A DNA stretch of 64,000 nt from Anthoceros angustus (Eukaryota > Plantae > Anthocerotophyta). The first letter of the stretch is position 1. Every line of letters starts with the position of its first letter. Shown in pieces: positions 60,361-64,000 of this stretch. The notes under the pieces were generated by a model. The model saw only the letters and a program-made list of their open reading frames with translations, was not told the DNA's origin and made no database searches. Made by a program: the position numbers and the translations under genes. The stretch is from positions 806,001-870,000 of the forward strand of contig VJWM01000116.1 in NCBI GenBank assembly GCA_010909165.1, read 5' to 3'.

Positions 60361-61630
60361 TGTTGAAGACTCTAAGCCCCCTCATGAATACTGGTCTTCA
60401 TATGGTGTGGCTTAGTAGTGTCCCATGTAAGGAGTACAAGGGACACGCCGTGCATTCATACAGTAAGTGCCCTGGATGCTAGGGTTTAATTAAGATGATA
60501 TTAATTATGTATGTTATTATTAAGTCTAAACCTAGTTCTTCTAAGGATCCGTGTAGGCACTCGACATGGAATCTATGGAGTACTACGAAAAGCAATTAGA
60601 AATAGAAGAAGAACTACATTATCTAGACAAAATGTGTGGACTAAAGTGTTAAGGTTAACCTTTAATTTGCCCACTTAACTACTGATCTTAACTTATGGAC
60701 TTAAGGAGATTTGGACTTAATATCCAATATACTTAAGTTCCTCATATATTTGATATGTAATTCCCGACTAAGGGATTTGGTTGATAAATCAGCTGAATGA
60801 TCCTGTGTTGGAATATAATTAATACCTATTGTCTTGTTTTCTAACAATTCTCTTATGTAATGATATTCTACGGATATGTGCTTGGTCTAGCCACGGCCCC
60901 CATCTCATGATCAAGTAAGAGACAAACTACCATTGCCCTTTCTAGCACTGAGTCAGAATAGGGTACTAACCTCAGTTGCAAAAGATATCATCTAGAGTAG
61001 GTTAGCTTTAGATGAGCTTAATCATTCTCAAAATGATCCTACACCATTGTTCAGCGATAGCCAAGGGGCTATAGCCTTAGCTAGAAACCCCGTTTTTCAC
61101 TTAAAACCACATAACCTGATACAGATCTCCTAGTGTCGGAGTCACCAGCATAGTTAACATCAACGTAAGCCGTCAATCTTAGCTTGTCGATGCCGGGTGT
61201 ATGTCAATATATAAGTCCAGTACGCATGGTGCCCTTAAGGTATGTAAGAATACGCTTTACTGACATCCAGTGTTTTCGTCCAGGTTTTTTCAAAAATTGT
61301 GAGCAAGCACTGACTTCAAATGATATGTCAAGCCTTGTAAAATTGCTCAAATATATAAGGGTGCCAATAACATGTCGATATGGGATTGGTGACATTGCCA
61401 ACTTGTCTGCATCAATTTTAGGACTCATATCTGATGTAAGTTGTATCCCACTAGCAAAAGTAATGGAAGCAGGCTTAGCATCCTCTAGTCCAAACTTAGC
61501 CAAGCTTTTCTTAATGTACTTAGTTTGAACTATGCTTAAGATTCTATTGCTTCGATCTCGCATAATATTAACACCTAATGCATAAGTCATCTCTCCCCAA
61601 TCAGTCATTTCAAAATGACTTCTTAACTAA
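60361..61630 (-). mobile_element. Ty1/copia RT C-terminus and RNase H with probable 3' LTR (~60361-60665); segment ~60889-61101 inverted
   Basis: MTDWGEMTYALG...YRHVIGTLIYL..TRLDI...VKRILTYLKGT...YVDVNYAGDSDTRRSVSGY (-); SKRQTTIALSSTESE...SDSQGAIALARNPVFH (+); TKHISVEYHYIRE...ADLSTK (-). Confidence 0.88.
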
Positions 61631-63239
61631 CCTACTACAGAGAGGGACTGCGGTACTCTTCAGATGATGGTCTCTATAGATTGTCAGCCCAAGTGGGTAC
61701 TCCCCATTTTATCAACATTGCCTCTCAAGATGAAAGTGATACCCACAAATACTATGCTATGGCATTGTCGCTTAGATCATCCAAAAAGCTCAAAGCTTCC
61801 TCAGATGTCGAAGGATAGTCTCTATAGAACTCCCTGTCTTTCCAAAATACAATACCTGCCATGGTGTGAAGCTTGCATCGTTACCAAAAGGCACCAAGCT
61901 TTGAAGAACGTTTCTCCACAGAGGGCCATGTCTCCTCTAGAACTTGTTCACACCAACATTTGTGAACCTATCTCTACCCCATCCTTTAGTGGTAGATATT
62001 TTTTGACCTTCATCGATGACTACTCTCGTTTTACTCTTATGTATATCCTTAATCATAAGGATGATACTTATCATTTCTTCAAGGATTATATGGCATGTGC
62101 GGAGAGATTAACAGATAAGAAACTCAAGACCTTATGTTCCGACAATGGTGGTGAGTTTACATCTAAACAATTTGAGGATTTCTGATGAGCTCAAGGTATA
62201 GCTCAACAACTCACTTTTGTATATACTCCTCAACAAAATGGCGTAGCTGAAAATAAGAATATGTGCCTTCAAGAGATCACTGGCTGCTTGTTAACACAAG
62301 CTCATTTACCCAAAATATTTTCGGTGGAGGCCCTCCTCACAACCATATATCTTATGAATCGACTACCTACTTCAACAATCCAAGGTATGACACCTTATGA
62401 AGCCTTTACTGGCAAGAAGCCCTCTATTGATCATCTCCGCATTTTTGGAACTCCGGCATTTGTCTTTATCCCTAAAGCATTGCGTAAGAAGCTAGATCCA
62501 AAGCGGCCAAATATACCTTTATTGGTTATACGGAAGGTATCAAGGGCTATAAATTATTTGATCCTTTCACAAAAAAGCTTCTTTATGCTCACAGTGTCAC
62601 TTTTCATGAACATCATTTATTTTCTTCTTCAGTGGGAGATATTCCACATCCTCGTCACACTTCTTCCGATGAGGAGCCTGCCTCTTCTTCTCTTGATGAT
62701 AGTGACTATATTACGCACTTCCCTGTTCCTGCTTTACGTGTTCCTTCAGATGACCTATTAGGCATGAGGAGGAGGAGTTAGCACCTATACCATGCTTGAA
62801 ATCACCTCCATTGGATACAGAAAAACCTCAATATCTTGAGGATATTCATGATGATCCGCATGAGTTACTTTATGATATACCTGAGTATGCAGTCGAGCCT
62901 TATTCTCCCCCTTAGGAGTCAACACCCATTGACGATGTGGAAGATGCACAACCTGCACCAAGGTACAATCTGCGTTCACGACCTACTATTCCAGACCCTG
63001 CAGGATGGAGAGAACCTCCCTTAGGAGGATACCTAGGTGTTTTTGATAATCCTATTCCCCTTGTAACACCTTATTCACAAACTGTATACAAGGGCACAAC
63101 TGATCCAGAAGAACCTCTCACCTTAAACCAAGCTTTCTCATCACCTAAAAAAGACTTATGGAACGTAGTTGTAGATACTGAATATAAATCATTAGTTAAG
63201 AACTCTGCATGGGCATTAGTTAAGCCACCTAGGTGGCAC
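61630..63239 (+). mobile_element. Ty1/copia pre-integrase, integrase, linker and RT start; pseudogenised
   Basis: LWHCRLDH, CEAC, PLELVHT, YFLTFIDDYSR, SDNGGEF, TPQQNGVAE, RKKLDPK, EPLT..QA...EYKSLVKNSAWALV. Confidence 0.92.
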
Positions 63240-63378
63240 TAGTTAAGCCACCTAGGTGGCACTAGTTAAGCCACCTAGGTGGCACTAGTTAAGCCACCTA
63301 GGTGGCACTAGTTAAGCCACCTAGGTGGCACTGGTTAAGCCACCTAGGTGGCACTGTTAAGCCACCTGGGTGGCACTG
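63217..63378. repeat. 23-bp tandem array (~7 copies) with a 14-bp palindrome
   Basis: Unit TAGTTAAGCCACCTAGGTGGCAC; GCCACCTAGGTGGC is self-complementary. Confidence 0.92.
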
Positions 63379-63457
63379 GTTGCCACCGTGGCGCGACTTT
63401 CGATGGTAGGAGGCGTGCAATCAAGTGTCGTTGTAGGAAGAAGTCCGTTCCCAAGGA

Positions 63458-64000
63458 ATGATGAGCTCAAGGTATAGCTCAACAACTCACTTTTGTATAT
63501 ACTCCTCAACAAAATGGCGTAGCTGAAAATAAGAATATGTGCCTTCAAGAGATCACTGGCTGCTTGTTAACACAAGCTCATTTACCCAAAATATTTTGGT
63601 GGAGGCCCTCCTCACAACCATATATCTTATGAATCGACTACCTACTTCAACAATCCAAGGTATGACACCTTATGAAGCCTTCTTGGCAAGAAGCCCTCTA
63701 TTGATCATCTCGCATTTTTGGAACTCCGTCTTTATCCCTAAAGCATTGCGTAAGAAGCTAGATCCAAAGCGGCCAAATATACCTTTATTGGTTATACGGA
63801 AGGTATCAAGGGCTATAAATTATTTGATCCTTTCACAAAAAAGCTTCTTTATGCTCACAGTGTCACTTTTCATGAACATCATTTATTTTCTTCTTCAGTG
63901 GGAGATATTCCACATCCTCGTCACACTTCTTCCGATGAGGAGCCTGCCTCTTCTTCTCTTGATGATAGTGACTATATTACGCACTTCCACATTCTTTACG
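63458..64000 (+). mobile_element. Direct duplicate of copia integrase segment 62183-~62738, running off the window end
   Basis: Near-identical from tgatgagctcaaggtatagc onward; differs by small deletions. Confidence 0.9.

Noticed and set aside
63217-63378. CRISPR-like palindromic repeats (also the arrays at 14080, 50159 and 59010)
   Set aside because: Units are contiguous with no unique spacers, there are no cas genes, and the context is eukaryotic.

Overview
Gene-dense nuclear DNA from a land plant, with short (~100 nt) GT-AG introns; the compactness suggests a non-seed plant such as a hornwort or lycophyte, but that is inference. Transposon-rich ends (about 1-14.3 kb and 51.7-64 kb) flank a core of conserved genes: an intronless AT-rich GDSL esterase, a UBE2D-type E2, OBERON, MED9 (spliced, so not seen whole in the ORF track), a P-class PPR protein, DUF427, a secreted tandem two-domain GH16 protein, a BLTP3/UHRF1BP1-like protein, SMT1, a coiled-coil protein, tRNA-Leu(CAA), an SDG40/SETD4-like SET protein and a pterin-4a-carbinolamine dehydratase. 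The main unusual items are: (1) a ~1.5 kb ORF1-only ('half-LINE', HAL1-like) retroposon, present as one full-length copy with a target-site duplication (TSD) and one 5'-truncated copy, whose hairpin + (TTC)n 3' tail is shared with two unrelated elements; (2) a secreted GH16 joining an apparently dead domain that keeps XTH-type intron positions to an intact EG16-like domain; (3) several CRE-like (restriction-like endonuclease, RLE) LINE relics, one nested with two terminal-inverted-repeat (TIR) elements and one amplified into a tandem array upstream of OBERON; (4) microhomology-joined duplications, including part of OBERON, that may be long-read assembly artefacts; (5) a micro-inverted copia RNase H. 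All assignments are by eye from motifs; no searches were run.
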